A DNA stretch of 62,915 nucleotides, counting the filler, from Perkinsus chesapeaki ATCC PRA-425 (taxonomy: Eukaryota; Protista; Perkinsozoa), in NCBI GenBank assembly GCA_013115145.1. It is 10 parts of 10 records of this genome, joined end to end, with 100 filler letters (N's around TTAATTAATTAA, not from the genome) between each part and the next. Parts side by side here need not be neighbours in the genome. Positions count along the whole stretch, not along the records: positions 48,720 to 50,471 come from JAAPAO010001799.1; positions 50,572 to 53,743 come from JAAPAO010001453.1; positions 53,844 to 55,860 come from JAAPAO010001701.1; positions 55,961 to 61,408 come from JAAPAO010001158.1; 6 more parts are not named here. One strand, written 5' to 3'. Position numbers and translations under genes: made by a program. Below the pieces are notes generated by a model. That model did no database searches and was not told the DNA's origin. It worked only from the letters and a program-made list of their open reading frames with translations. Shown here piece by piece: positions 49,290-59,955 of the stretch (positions within the stretch are counted from its first letter, which is position 1; each line of letters starts with the position of its first letter).

Positions 49290-50280
49290 AGATTCTCCAC
49301 TTTGATCTAAAGTTCATGAGTGACCCGAAACCGAGTAGTGTTCTCAATATCTCGACAACTGACATTTGCTTTGCCATAACATACAATACACATCGAGGGA
49401 AAGGGCATCGAGTACCTCAATGCGGTAACCTCATTGGTAAGACACACCTGACCTGAGATACTCTGACGGGTCAGGGACTCTGACTCAGAGTCCACAGGTG
49501 ACCTTGAGTCAATATCCTATGGAGCGCTGAGAGCCATCCGGGGAGAGGTTTGTATATGGTTGACGGTATCGCTGCGATACTATCGCATTGTATCCACACT
49601 CTGCGTCCTGGACTTGGCAGAATACTGCCAGCTCTATCGCGTTATTTGGTTGATTTGCTCATGCTGAAATAGTTGGGATATCCTTACCAAGTCATTTCTA
49701 TCGGAATGTACGCTTTTCGTCAAGTCCTGTTGCAGTAAGTTACTGCCAGTAACCGTAGGCCCACTGAGCAGTGTAGCTTGTAAAACTGGACTCCAAGCAA
49801 GTCAACAAATAAGTTGGATTGAAGCAATCGGACTAGTAATACGATTCTCGTATACCAGCCAAAAATTTTCGAGAAATCCAGGAAAACAATCTGTTGCACT
49901 CGGACTCATCCAGTGTGTTCTAATAGTCTCGAGGGCATCTCAGAATTGGCAGACCTCGGATTTCTTGAGTAGCCTCTCAAACTCCAGCCTCACATTAAAT
50001 GTCAAAAGTATGCTCAATTCGTCTCGCAGAACCGCTTGAAGCGGTTCGCTTCTATCTCTTTCCGATCAGTCTCACTGCGTGTCATGTAGTGACCTACCCT
50101 GTAGTCAAAGATATTCCAGCGCAGACCCTTCCGAGAAGCTATGGAAAGAGGCATTTTGGAAGAACACGGAGCCATTTCGGCGATGGTGCAAGCAGCTTGC
50201 GCAAGCTCTCGTTTCAATTATTTATTAGTGATGAAACTGGGGTTATTCGGCAATCTGACACCGATGCTGTGTTCATGTAG
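49290..50280 (-). pseudogene. Degenerate DNA-transposase relic, possibly MULE C-terminus with SWIM-like finger
   Basis: Broken frames include RLEFERLLKKSEVCQF*DALETIRTHWMSPSATDCFPGFLENFWL (resembles eF...l..i...w...f..yF...W) and YRIEVLDALSLDVYCMLWQSKC (SWIM-like). Many stops. Confidence 0.35.
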
Positions 50281-50631
50281 CTAGACTACACTGTTAAACT
50301 GTGCCATTCTTGGATGAGGAAGAAATCATCACTGAGTGCGATGTTAGGCCTAAAATTTTGGAAATCAATGCTTCATATGGGGATCTACAATTAGGGTCTG
50401 CCGCTTTGAAATTTCACGTGAAATTTCACTTCTGAAATTTCATGAAATTTCAGAAATTTCATGAGGCCGATNNNNNNNNNNNNNNNNNNNNNNNNNNNNN
50501 NNNNNNNNNNNNNNNTTAATTAATTAANNNNNNNNNNNNNNNNNNNNNNNNNNNNNNNNNNNNNNNNNNNNTTGCAACTGTACGGATAAGAGCCATACTG
50601 ATTACCATTCTACCAGCTTGCACTGTACGAT

Positions 50632-52011
50632 ATGATCCTCACTCGGCCCAAAGTACTATCTGACTGCGCTCGGTATCCTCGCACTTGTACAAGGTGTCAG
50701 GTCGATAAGGTAACATTGCGCCATAGAGTTGGAGAACTAGGATCGACGGCATCGAGATGTTCAAGACCTAATGAATTATTAATTATTGATTATGCTGGAC
50801 CGATAAATTGGCCCGGACAGACTCCTGAAGATTCGAGATATATCTTACTGGTGATTGATGCTCATACTAGGTGGTTGCACCTGGAAGCAGTCCATTCTGA
50901 TGACGCCCTTACCACTGCGAAGGTCATATGGAAGGCCCATATCTGCGTACACGGACCTCCGGCTATTCTTCACTCGGATAGAGGAGTACATTTTACCGCC
51001 AACATTATCAATGAGCTATGTAAGTTCTCCTCGATGACCCATACGTTCGGCTCTGTGCGGAACCCAAGAGTCCAAGGCCTAGTCGAGAGAACAGTACGAG
51101 AAGTGAAGACAGCTCTACGAGTCAGCAGTGAACGACTTCGACAAGAAGGACGAGGCTGGTGGGAGCAGTTACCTGCAGTGGCTATGGTACATAATACAGC
51201 GAGTCCGGCTTACGTTGGATCCGTTGGAGATCTATCGCCTTATCACCTTACCTACGGCAGACCAGCGCCAAACCTGTTCGCCGGAGGAAATCCGCCCCAG
51301 AACGGGAATGAGGACGTGGACGCCTACGTGGAGGAGCTGCGCCACAATATTAGTTTGGCGCATCAGATTTGGGATACTGTGAGACAGCTCGAGATCGCCA
51401 AGCGGCAGGACGAGTTTCGCCTCGGCAGTACGGTCGATGATATCCAGATAGGTAATTATGTCCTCCGAGTTCTTTCTAAGGATGTGCCTGGTGGGCAAAA
51501 GCCTGAGGTGAGAGGGCCGTATGTTATATCTGGAAGGATTGGTATCAATCACTATACTGTGGAGGGCTTGGATGATACTATTCCGGCCCACCAGTTGAAG
51601 CTGATATCTTTGGATGAAGAGATGCGTCAAGGCTTGGAGGGAGAAGTCTCAGACCCCAGATTTCGTCGCATTGGGGTGACTAATCTTTGGAGAAGACTTA
51701 TAAAGGTTCCGATGGAGCAGTTGTTGCCGAAGGATTTGGTTCTATATGAGGTAGCCGATGAGCAGAACCCTCTTAACTTCTTTTATGATGTGGCCGAGGT
51801 GGTTGAAAATAGACAGACCACACGGGAGCTGATGATCCGCTTGTGGATGGTCGATGCTCTTGGAAGATGGATTGAAGGTCCTCCAGACCGCACTCTAATC
51901 GTTGGTTATGATAGGATCGTCGCGAACAAGCTAGTGTTGACACAACAGAAGCGGGTGCCTAAAGTACTGCTGAGATCGCTTATGATTCGCGACGAGGGGG
52001 CGAATATGTAG
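50632..52011 (+). mobile_element. Ty3/gypsy integrase, intact core, with GPY motif and C-terminal extension
   Basis: CTRC (Zn-binding half), IIDYAGP (D), HSDRGVHF (D), GLVERTVREVK (E), HNT..SPYHLTYGR, RGPYVI. The ORF reads through the PPT into the LTR. Confidence 0.93.
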
Positions 52012-52181
52012 AGGAATACCCCTCTATTATGATATCACTCCCCAATGATGATAACACAACTTTATATTAGTTTTAAGTTTATATGATGATCCAGATGACA
52101 CTAAGTATTACTAAGTATGTAGAGGCTTATATCAGCGCATTATTAATCTTTGTTGTAGTAGCGCTCGCCTCATTAGCTACA
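52007..52181 (+). mobile_element. Candidate 3' LTR (TGTAG...CTACA, 175 bp)
   Basis: Starts after PPT-like GAGGGGGCGAATA with TGTAG. First inverted CTACA ends at 52181; an alternative CTACA ends at 52567. Confidence 0.55.
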
Positions 52182-53843
52182 TGGATTGATCGATGAGAGA
52201 CGGAGACGTAGATATCTCCGTGATTTTTATCCATTACACTATAATACTGTATCAGCAAATATGCCCGTGTTGGATTCTACGGAACGTACGGACGCAAGGC
52301 GATTCATATTATCAAAGTAGTGTCAGGATAGGCAGGACTTCACCACGCATGGTATGAAATTTTTCGATAAAGTAAGCCATGGTACCATGAGACCAAAGAC
52401 ATAAACACTTGCTAACTGATAGTTCATTGCAATGAGTCACCCAATTTCGGATAATCGGAAGCATCCGAATCGCTCCAAAGTAGGAAGGCTAGTTGAAGGA
52501 CATCACTGCCGGATTTCAAGGTGATAACACTCATTTGCTCAATCTACTACCTTGCAGCAAGGCTACAATATTGTATTTAGATTGCTTGTAAAAGCTTGTA
52601 TTTGCGGGTTGGAGATATTTCTTAACTTGCCACTATATAATAGCATATATACTACTTATTAAATCCATTCAATATGGTTAGGAGTACTGCCCGTTCCGTT
52701 GCGGTTGGGATGGCAATAGGATTCAGAGGGTCAGTTATGTGATCCTCAATTTACTGGGGTTATTTATATATTATTTTTAAGAAGGAAGAGATCTGGGTTC
52801 TTCTAATTTACCGTGGTATCGAATTCATCAATATATATTTATTTCCGAATTGTCAAGGTTATATTTCATTCTTCCTTGTTTTCATAGCACTAGTACATTT
52901 TTGAATGGACATAGATAAATGCGGACAACTACTGCTGTGGTTATCTCAATTAACAGGAAACTAGAACCAATGCCTTGGCAGAAAATCAATTGGCTGTTCT
53001 TATCTTTTGTTTGTCGACTACATTCGAATACATGCAAATAAATAAAAGTATCATCTACTCATCATGACACGTTTCCCATTCTCCATTTGCTTATAATCCG
53101 GGCGTGTTTTCCTCCTCAGTCTCTCTCTCAGCGGAGGAGTCCTTGCCCTGCTGGAAATACTTGATACTGAAGGGGAAGCGTTTGCAGGAGGTGTTTCTTC
53201 ATTTGAGCTGCCCTGAAACTAACCAATTGGAGATATAGGGTAGGTGTTTCGTGCCTCAGTCCCGAGTTTTTTAGCAGAGCTCTCACTCAGATTTTCGTCG
53301 GGCATTGGAGTTTGGAAGACATCGTGATCTATTAACCGGAAAATAGTGTGGTCAGTCAACGAGCAAGCTTACCTGATTGTTGACTACTACAGCTTTCAGC
53401 TTCTGAGCAATTCTCCTCCTCACTCAAAAGTTCTGGACAATTAGCGGCATTGGTTTCCTGACAGCAGTCAGGTCTCATATTTAATAAGTGTTGTAACTTA
53501 CGATGCTGCCATTCTTACGTAATATGGCCACGTCGCAGGATTCGGGTTCATTCTGGAATCTCTCCGGAACTGAAAAGTCTGCTGCAAGTGAGCGCCCTCG
53601 AGCCGGTCAATGCGAATTGCTCACAGTTCATTGTCCTCGATTCCATGGATAATTCCATTTCTGAAGGATGCCATCAGAGAAAGCCGCCGAGAAGGCTTGT
53701 CGTTAGCCGCTGTAAGATCTCGCTTCCCGACAGCGAAAACAACNNNNNNNNNNNNNNNNNNNNNNNNNNNNNNNNNNNNNNNNNNNNTTAATTAATTAAN
53801 NNNNNNNNNNNNNNNNNNNNNNNNNNNNNNNNNNNNNNNNNNN

Positions 53844-53880
53844 GCAGTAGCGACATCGGAGCCTCCGATGTCGCTACTGC
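53844..53880. repeat. Perfect palindrome with at least 18-bp arms and 1-nt centre at contig start
   Basis: GCAGTAGCGACATCGGAG-C-CTCCGATGTCGCTACTGC; the left arm runs into the gap. Confidence 0.95.
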
Positions 53881-53937
53881 CGCGCTTATGAGTAGTCTGA
53901 GGTAAAGAAGACCTTTCGGCTTCATCGTATAGCTGAG

Positions 53938-55256
53938 TTGGGTTCGGCCAAGACCCATGAGAGCAGGGCAGTCTTCGCATTGAAGCGTCGCGAGGCTGCC
54001 GATATGAAACTTAAGCCAAATGTCGAAATCCTTTCCACCGGAAACTATGAGTCAGGTGCGGTCAAGAACGATCCCCACAAGTTGCCCCTACAAGTATCTG
54101 TGCCGTTCGATGGGCCATCCACGGTCTTGCCGTATACTATGTTCCGTACGGCAATGGTTACTGCTAGGAAATTCTATAAATTGACTGAAGACGAGATGGT
54201 GATTTACCTCTTCAGAAACCTGTCGCCTGGCCTTGGTCTGGATATCACGACTGACATTGGGGAGGCAGACGCCACGCTGACTGCTATTTGGTCGGCGTTG
54301 GATGAACGTTATGCTTCTATGGACACGCCGTCAGGGGTGGCTACGCGTTGGGAGCGCCTATATATGCGGACCGGTGAGAATGTGAGCGATTTCTGTCGTC
54401 GCTTGCGTAATGAAGCACACCTATTCCGTTCGGTAACCGGTGTCATCCTAACCCCAGAGTTGGTTGCTGCCAGATTCTTGGGAGGCCTGAGAAAACTTTT
54501 CTCAGAAAAGAGCTGAGGGCTAGTCTGGAAAGTGTGTACATGCACAGGCTCACTTCCCTTACCTTAGAGGAGGTACGGGAGGCGGCGATCTACGCCGAGA
54601 ACAAGGACCGCCGTGGGTCTCCGGACCCGAGTGTCAACCGGCGGGACCACACCAAGAAACCCAAGTCAGTTGAAAGCCATACGGAAGCACCGGCTGTCAC
54701 TGGTAAACCCTCTAGTTCTTGCGGTAATTGCCTTGAACACAATATCAAGGGCGCGGACAAGCACACCCGGGATACCTGTTGGAAAGACCCGGCCAACTCG
54801 GCCATCGTGCCTGCTTGGTACAAGCTTCGTCCGAAAAGTAAAAATGATGGTGCTGATGGCAAAACTGATGGTAAAGTCTTCTTTTCGAAGGATTCCAGCC
54901 TGCGTTACCTGAGAGGAACTGCAGCAGGTTTCGGTATCCGACTAGTGATAGATACTGGTGCTGACTACACTATCATGTCTCGACAGGCGGCTGAAGATTG
55001 TCGTGTATCTCATCTTGAGCTCCTGAACGAGCCCATCATGATTGGTTCACTCAGCAGTTCGGCATCTCTGCGTCTGTCTGAGAGAGGCAGACTTCAGGTG
55101 TCCGTCGAAGGGGAGTCGGGCCATTGTACCACGGTTACCATTTATGTTTATCTGGTGAACGGAGAGCTTTTGCATGAGTCGCTCAGGAATGCGACCGTCT
55201 TACTTGGTATGGGCACTTTATCAGAGATAAAGGGAGAAGACTGTCTTTTGAGGTGA
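53938..55256 (+). mobile_element. LTR-retrotransposon Gag + zinc knuckle + aspartic protease, one frameshift, no RT following
   Basis: Retrotransposon-gag region (WSALDERY..WERLYMRTGENVSDFCRRLRNEA..RFLGGL), a -1 shift near 54500, CGNCLEHNIKGADKHTRDTC knuckle, LVIDTGADYTIMS protease site and LLGMGTL. Confidence 0.88.
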
Positions 55257-55595
55257 GGAGGGGGAAGGGCAACACTTTGGCCGGTAGCTGAATAGTACTG
55301 TGGCGCTCTCGAAAAAGCGGAAAGAATATAATGATGGCAATACCACGAACTGTGCTAGTGAAGGGTTTTATTGTGATTCCTAATAAATAATGGTCGATCG
55401 TCATTGTCGTTTACCGTCCCTTATGTAAATCCTGACCGTTCATTAGCCATAGAATCTGCGAAATAATACTAGGTATTACACAACCAGCACCCTAGGGGGA
55501 ACTAGTGTGAATCTTTCGGTCATTCGAGCATGATAATTTCCATCCAGGGCTTTCGAGGCAGTGGACACAAGCGGTGCGTTCGTTATCGTCGACAG

Positions 55596-55641
55596 GACAT
55601 GCTCCGAAATTCGGAGCATGTCAGTGGAGAATCTCCACTGA
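55596..55641. repeat. Two adjacent palindromes with 1-nt centres (13-bp and 10-bp arms)
   Basis: GACATGCTCCGAA-A-TTCGGAGCATGTC and TCAGTGGAGA-A-TCTCCACTGA. Confidence 0.95.
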
Positions 55642-56296
55642 GCCATTTCCAAGCTATTGTCCACTGGCCGTTCTCTCTAACCGCTGTCAGCAATAAGGAC
55701 CCGGTAGCCACCATAGTGTGCGATGTACTCAACGTAAAGGCTTTTTTCCAGTTTTGCAAAAGCACTCTTGCTCACTTACACATACACTGCGCGCCATCGC
55801 GGATAACAGTGAAGAAAACGTTAAGTGACGAGAAGTGCTCAAGATTGTAACGACTAGTATNNNNNNNNNNNNNNNNNNNNNNNNNNNNNNNNNNNNNNNN
55901 NNNNTTAATTAATTAANNNNNNNNNNNNNNNNNNNNNNNNNNNNNNNNNNNNNNNNNNNNCTAGGCTATATTGTAAATTAACTGAAACCCCATCAAAGTT
56001 ATTTTTTTGCAATTCGCAAGCAGGTCATTGTCCTTGATTCCTTGGATATCGTATAAGGCTATATTGTCAGGGTTCAGGCACATAAGTGTAGCAGAGCCCC
56101 GGTAGTACCAAACGCAATTACTCTCAATAAAGCTGCTAAGTGTTGCGATAATAAAGCGTTAACACGCTTGTGTTAACGCTTAGGCTTGTGTACATTGTTT
56201 GGGAGTACGACTTCTCGCCAACGGTCACCTTGGTCGCTTCAGTCTTGAGGAATTGATGCCTTTCGCCCCAAAAAGCCGCGGGAAGCCAGTGTAGCA

Positions 56297-56900
56297 ATGG
56301 GCGACATTGATGAACTAACTGATATTAATCGATTGATTGGTAGATACACTACGACAACTGCATTGCAAATAGATAGATCCTACCACAAAAGAAGAAAGCA
56401 GGTTATCAGTTACGCATCTGAGATGGCCAGGAAAATTCCGAGGCTGCCGCAGGATGCCAAGGTGCTCGATTATAGAAATGCTCAACGAGTATCTGTGGAA
56501 GATCAAACTGCCCGAGGTGAGAAGAGGCGGGGAGTAGAGCTCAAAGCGGCGTAGATAATTGCCTGTTGTAGGTACACGTACATCGTCTTCAGTTGTCTTC
56601 CTTGAAGACAGTTCTGCTTCTTCGTCTAACAACTCGGTCAATGGACCCGAATATCCAACGAAGAATACCGTCGTCCCTCTCCTACAGGGGTACATTAGCG
56701 ATGACGAGAACGATGTGCAGAATTCATCTGAGGAAGAACGTACGAATTCAAGTCTTGTAGATGACACGGTGCCTTTTCAGCCACTCCCCCGGGTCTGGGC
56801 GATGCAGGGACTTCCTCTATACGAATACCGAGACGCCGTAGACGCCTAGACTACAACGCATTTGGGAAGGACGGAAGCCGCAAGTACCTTGATGAGCCAG
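56297..56900 (+). CDS. Possible hypothetical protein (charged and S/E-rich exons)
   Basis: Two consecutive same-strand ORFs (85 and 96 aa) with protein-like composition; no family recognised. Confidence 0.3.
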
Positions 56901-58110
56901 AGAGCGAATGAGGTAATATACATCAATTTGACTAACCCACTACGTGTTGTTAACGAGTAGTTCTCTTTAGTGCAAGCCACAGACGGCAGCGGAGGTTGAA
57001 ATAAGACATTAGCTACCGATGCCTACTAATTCGTTAATGCCGAAAGACTTCGTCTGCCTGAACGGTCTTGTGTAATGAGTGGGATAAACCGATAAGGGTC
57101 TTATCATAAGACTATAAACGGAAAGGTTTCTGGATGTCCGCTATTCAGCGATCGAAGCTCGCAAGTCCCAAATTTTAGAATATTTCTCGAAATTTCAATT
57201 CTTGTCAAGTCTTTGTGTCGACGGCATCTCCCAGACTCTGGGCACCTCTCAGCTATCTTTGAGGAAGTGGACACAGATGCACTGACATCAGCCAAACGAT
57301 TTACATCATCAACAGTGTGCCCAAGCAGCGTGGCACCATCACAGTTCTATAACAATAGCCTACTATAATGATGATGTAAAAGGTGTACTCTTTTACTTTA
57401 GAAGGCTGATGACTTCATCAGCCTTCCCACTGGGATGATCCCAGTCGTCGCACTCTGAAGCTTTCATGTTACCTGGGCTCTTTGCAATTGTCATTCGTGA
57501 GGCTCTCGCACATGGAAGGCCGCTAGTACGCAGAATTACGATGTGTGAGTGACACACCTAAGCACAGTATAACTGTAACGGCAAAACTTCAACTTGTGAG
57601 CTCGTCTAATCTCTGCACGCATGCGCAAAGACGCAGGTTCTAGCCGCCGTCACGGAAACTTTAATGGACTTTTTCTCTTCTCGAGAGTGTTCATTCTTCT
57701 CCCTTCTTCCACTGGCATCTACTAGTGCCCACCGGTTCCTTGGTGTCCGTTGAGGTATGTGGATCTTATAGGCATTCATGTTCCGGTTAATAATGTCAGC
57801 CCCATCACGGAATAATGTTGCTTCCTGTGAAGCAGATATGAAGGCTGAAGATGGCAACAGTCCAGACAGCACTGCTGCCATTTCGGACATTCCCACTACG
57901 GCTCCAGATTCTCCCACCAGCACTGAGGCATCCTTCGAAACCGCTATTGGTGAACCATATGAACAGGCAGCAGCAGAGACATCATCATTGGTGTCAAGCG
58001 ATAGCGATTCTGAGTCCTCCTGGGCTAGCTCATTGGTGAAGAGTATCTTTCAACCTCTTGATCAACTCATAAAGGCAGCGGTAATATCGGGGAGCTCCTG
58101 TTCTTGAATA

Positions 58111-58450
58111 ATTCATACCACTCTTTACTTTATATTCATACCGCTCTTTACTTTATATTCATACCGCTCTTTACTTTATATTCATACCGCTCTGNNNNNN
58201 NNNNNNNNNNNNNNNNNNNNNNNNNNNNNNNNNNNNNNNNNNNNNNNNNNNNNNNNNNNNNNNNNNNNNNNNNNNNNNNNNNNNNNNNNNNNATATTCAT
58301 ACCGCTCTTTACTTTATATTCATACCGCTCTTTACTTTATATTCATACCGCTCTTTACTTTATATTCATACCGCTCTTTACTTTATATTCATACCGCTCT
58401 TTACTTTATATTTATACCGCTCTTTATTTTATATTCATACCACTCTTTAC
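58111..58450. repeat. 23-bp minisatellite (spans a 98-N gap)
   Basis: Unit ATTCATACCGCTCTTTACTTTAT, near-perfect copies on both sides of the gap. Confidence 0.97.
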
Positions 58451-58619
58451 CCAGAGAAGGCTGCGTCGTCGTGAGCGTTGTAACATTCTTATATTAGTTC
58501 CCATATCCGGTGTAGTAGTGTATGGTGGTGCAGATGGTGGTGGCTTGTAGGATTGGCCAACCAACCGACGAATTCGTTCCACTTTGCGACCGGTTCTAGT
58601 GGATTGTGACCACTCTCCC

Positions 58620-59782
58620 TCGTTCAGGATGCTAAAAGCCGTGCTGCTCGAGAAACCGCCGCTCAAGCTCGGGAGTTCCGTGACATCTGGCGGAAAATCT
58701 TCGAACGATCGGACTTAGGGTCCCTCTCTAAAATGGACTTGGTAATAAGGTTCAGAATAGCTTGTCAACTATGCGACATTTCGCTCGATAATGTATACGA
58801 TAATTTACCTCAAGTCACCCTGCCCGATCCAGAGAGGGCCCTGCGGTATCTGACCGCCACTCAAGTGGCCTATGCTGCTTTCGGCAAATCTAAAAAGGCG
58901 GAGTGTGCCCTGCAACCGGACTATGTTTTGGAATATTGTCCTCAAATTGCTGATGTGGTATTTATATCGACGCAGTGCGGTCAGAACAGGCCAGTATTCT
59001 ACGTCTTGCACTCTGTGACCAACGCTGTCGTTGTGGTGGTCCGCGGCACTAAGAGCGTTGCGGACGCGGTTACGGACTCCTTCTGTGATACAGCACGGTT
59101 TACCGACTCTCCTATCGATGAGGGGTACGAGGTTCATAGAGGTATGGGAATCGCGGCGAATTTCGTGGCGCGGACGGGTATGCCGTATGTTCTGAAAGCT
59201 CTGGATAAGTGGAAGTCGAATAGGTTGATTTTATTGGGGCATTCACTTGGCGCCGGTACCGCAATTCTGACGGGAGTGTTGCTGGCCAGAGTTCTCGCGG
59301 TTAAGGTCGAATGCTATACGTTCGGGTGTCCGCCGATCACCACGAAGAGGGACATGCCATGTCCTGCCAATCTAACTATGACCACTTTCGTGAATGAGGA
59401 TGATATAGTGGCGCGGCTGTCATTGAGAGGCATCGATGAAGTTCTGAATTCCATCAACCCCAAAGATAGGGAGATGGCCCCGCGAACATATATACCGGGA
59501 ACGGTGTATTTGCTGAAGTCTGATGATAGTAATAACACCACTGTGGTGTATAAGACGGACGGTTCCTGTCCAGCTTTAAGTGCCGAAGCGATGCTTTATT
59601 ATTGCATGCAGATAAGTGGTAATAGAGCGATGGCTATGAAAAGTCTCAACGACCACGGCACTGCAGAATACCAGAAAAAGTTGACTGCGTTGGTCAGAAG
59701 TGCCGATGAGGAATGGCAAGGTGACCTGGCCGAGGCTGCCGCTAGTGGCGGTGACTTGAGTGCTGCTGCACAGATTTGTTAG
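58620..59782 (+). CDS. Class 3 lipase (Lipase_3, DAG-lipase-like), paralog 1
   Basis: VVVVRGTKSVADAVTD, VHRGM, GHSLGAG nucleophile elbow, TFVNEDDIVARLS (Asp), YIPG and NDHG (His). Frame is open upstream of the annotated Met (QDAKSRAARE..). An N-terminal exon may be 57778-58107. Confidence 0.9.
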
Positions 59783-59955
59783 TAGTAGCTGTTTTGTATT
59801 CTTCTTTAAACTGTCCCTTATTACTATTTTGTATCTTTATTGTGACATAATAAATACTGCCGTTTTTAAGCCGTGCTTTTCCCCCCCAATGCTCAGAGTT
59901 CTATCCAGTGTACACCTGTCTTCGAGGCTGCCTGAGTCCTATAGTTGATTTCCCT

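Noticed and set aside
54485-54520. Programmed -1 frameshift in Gag
   Set aside because: No X-XXY-YYZ slippery heptamer in frame and it lies mid-Gag before the knuckle; more likely a 1-bp deletion or sequencing error.
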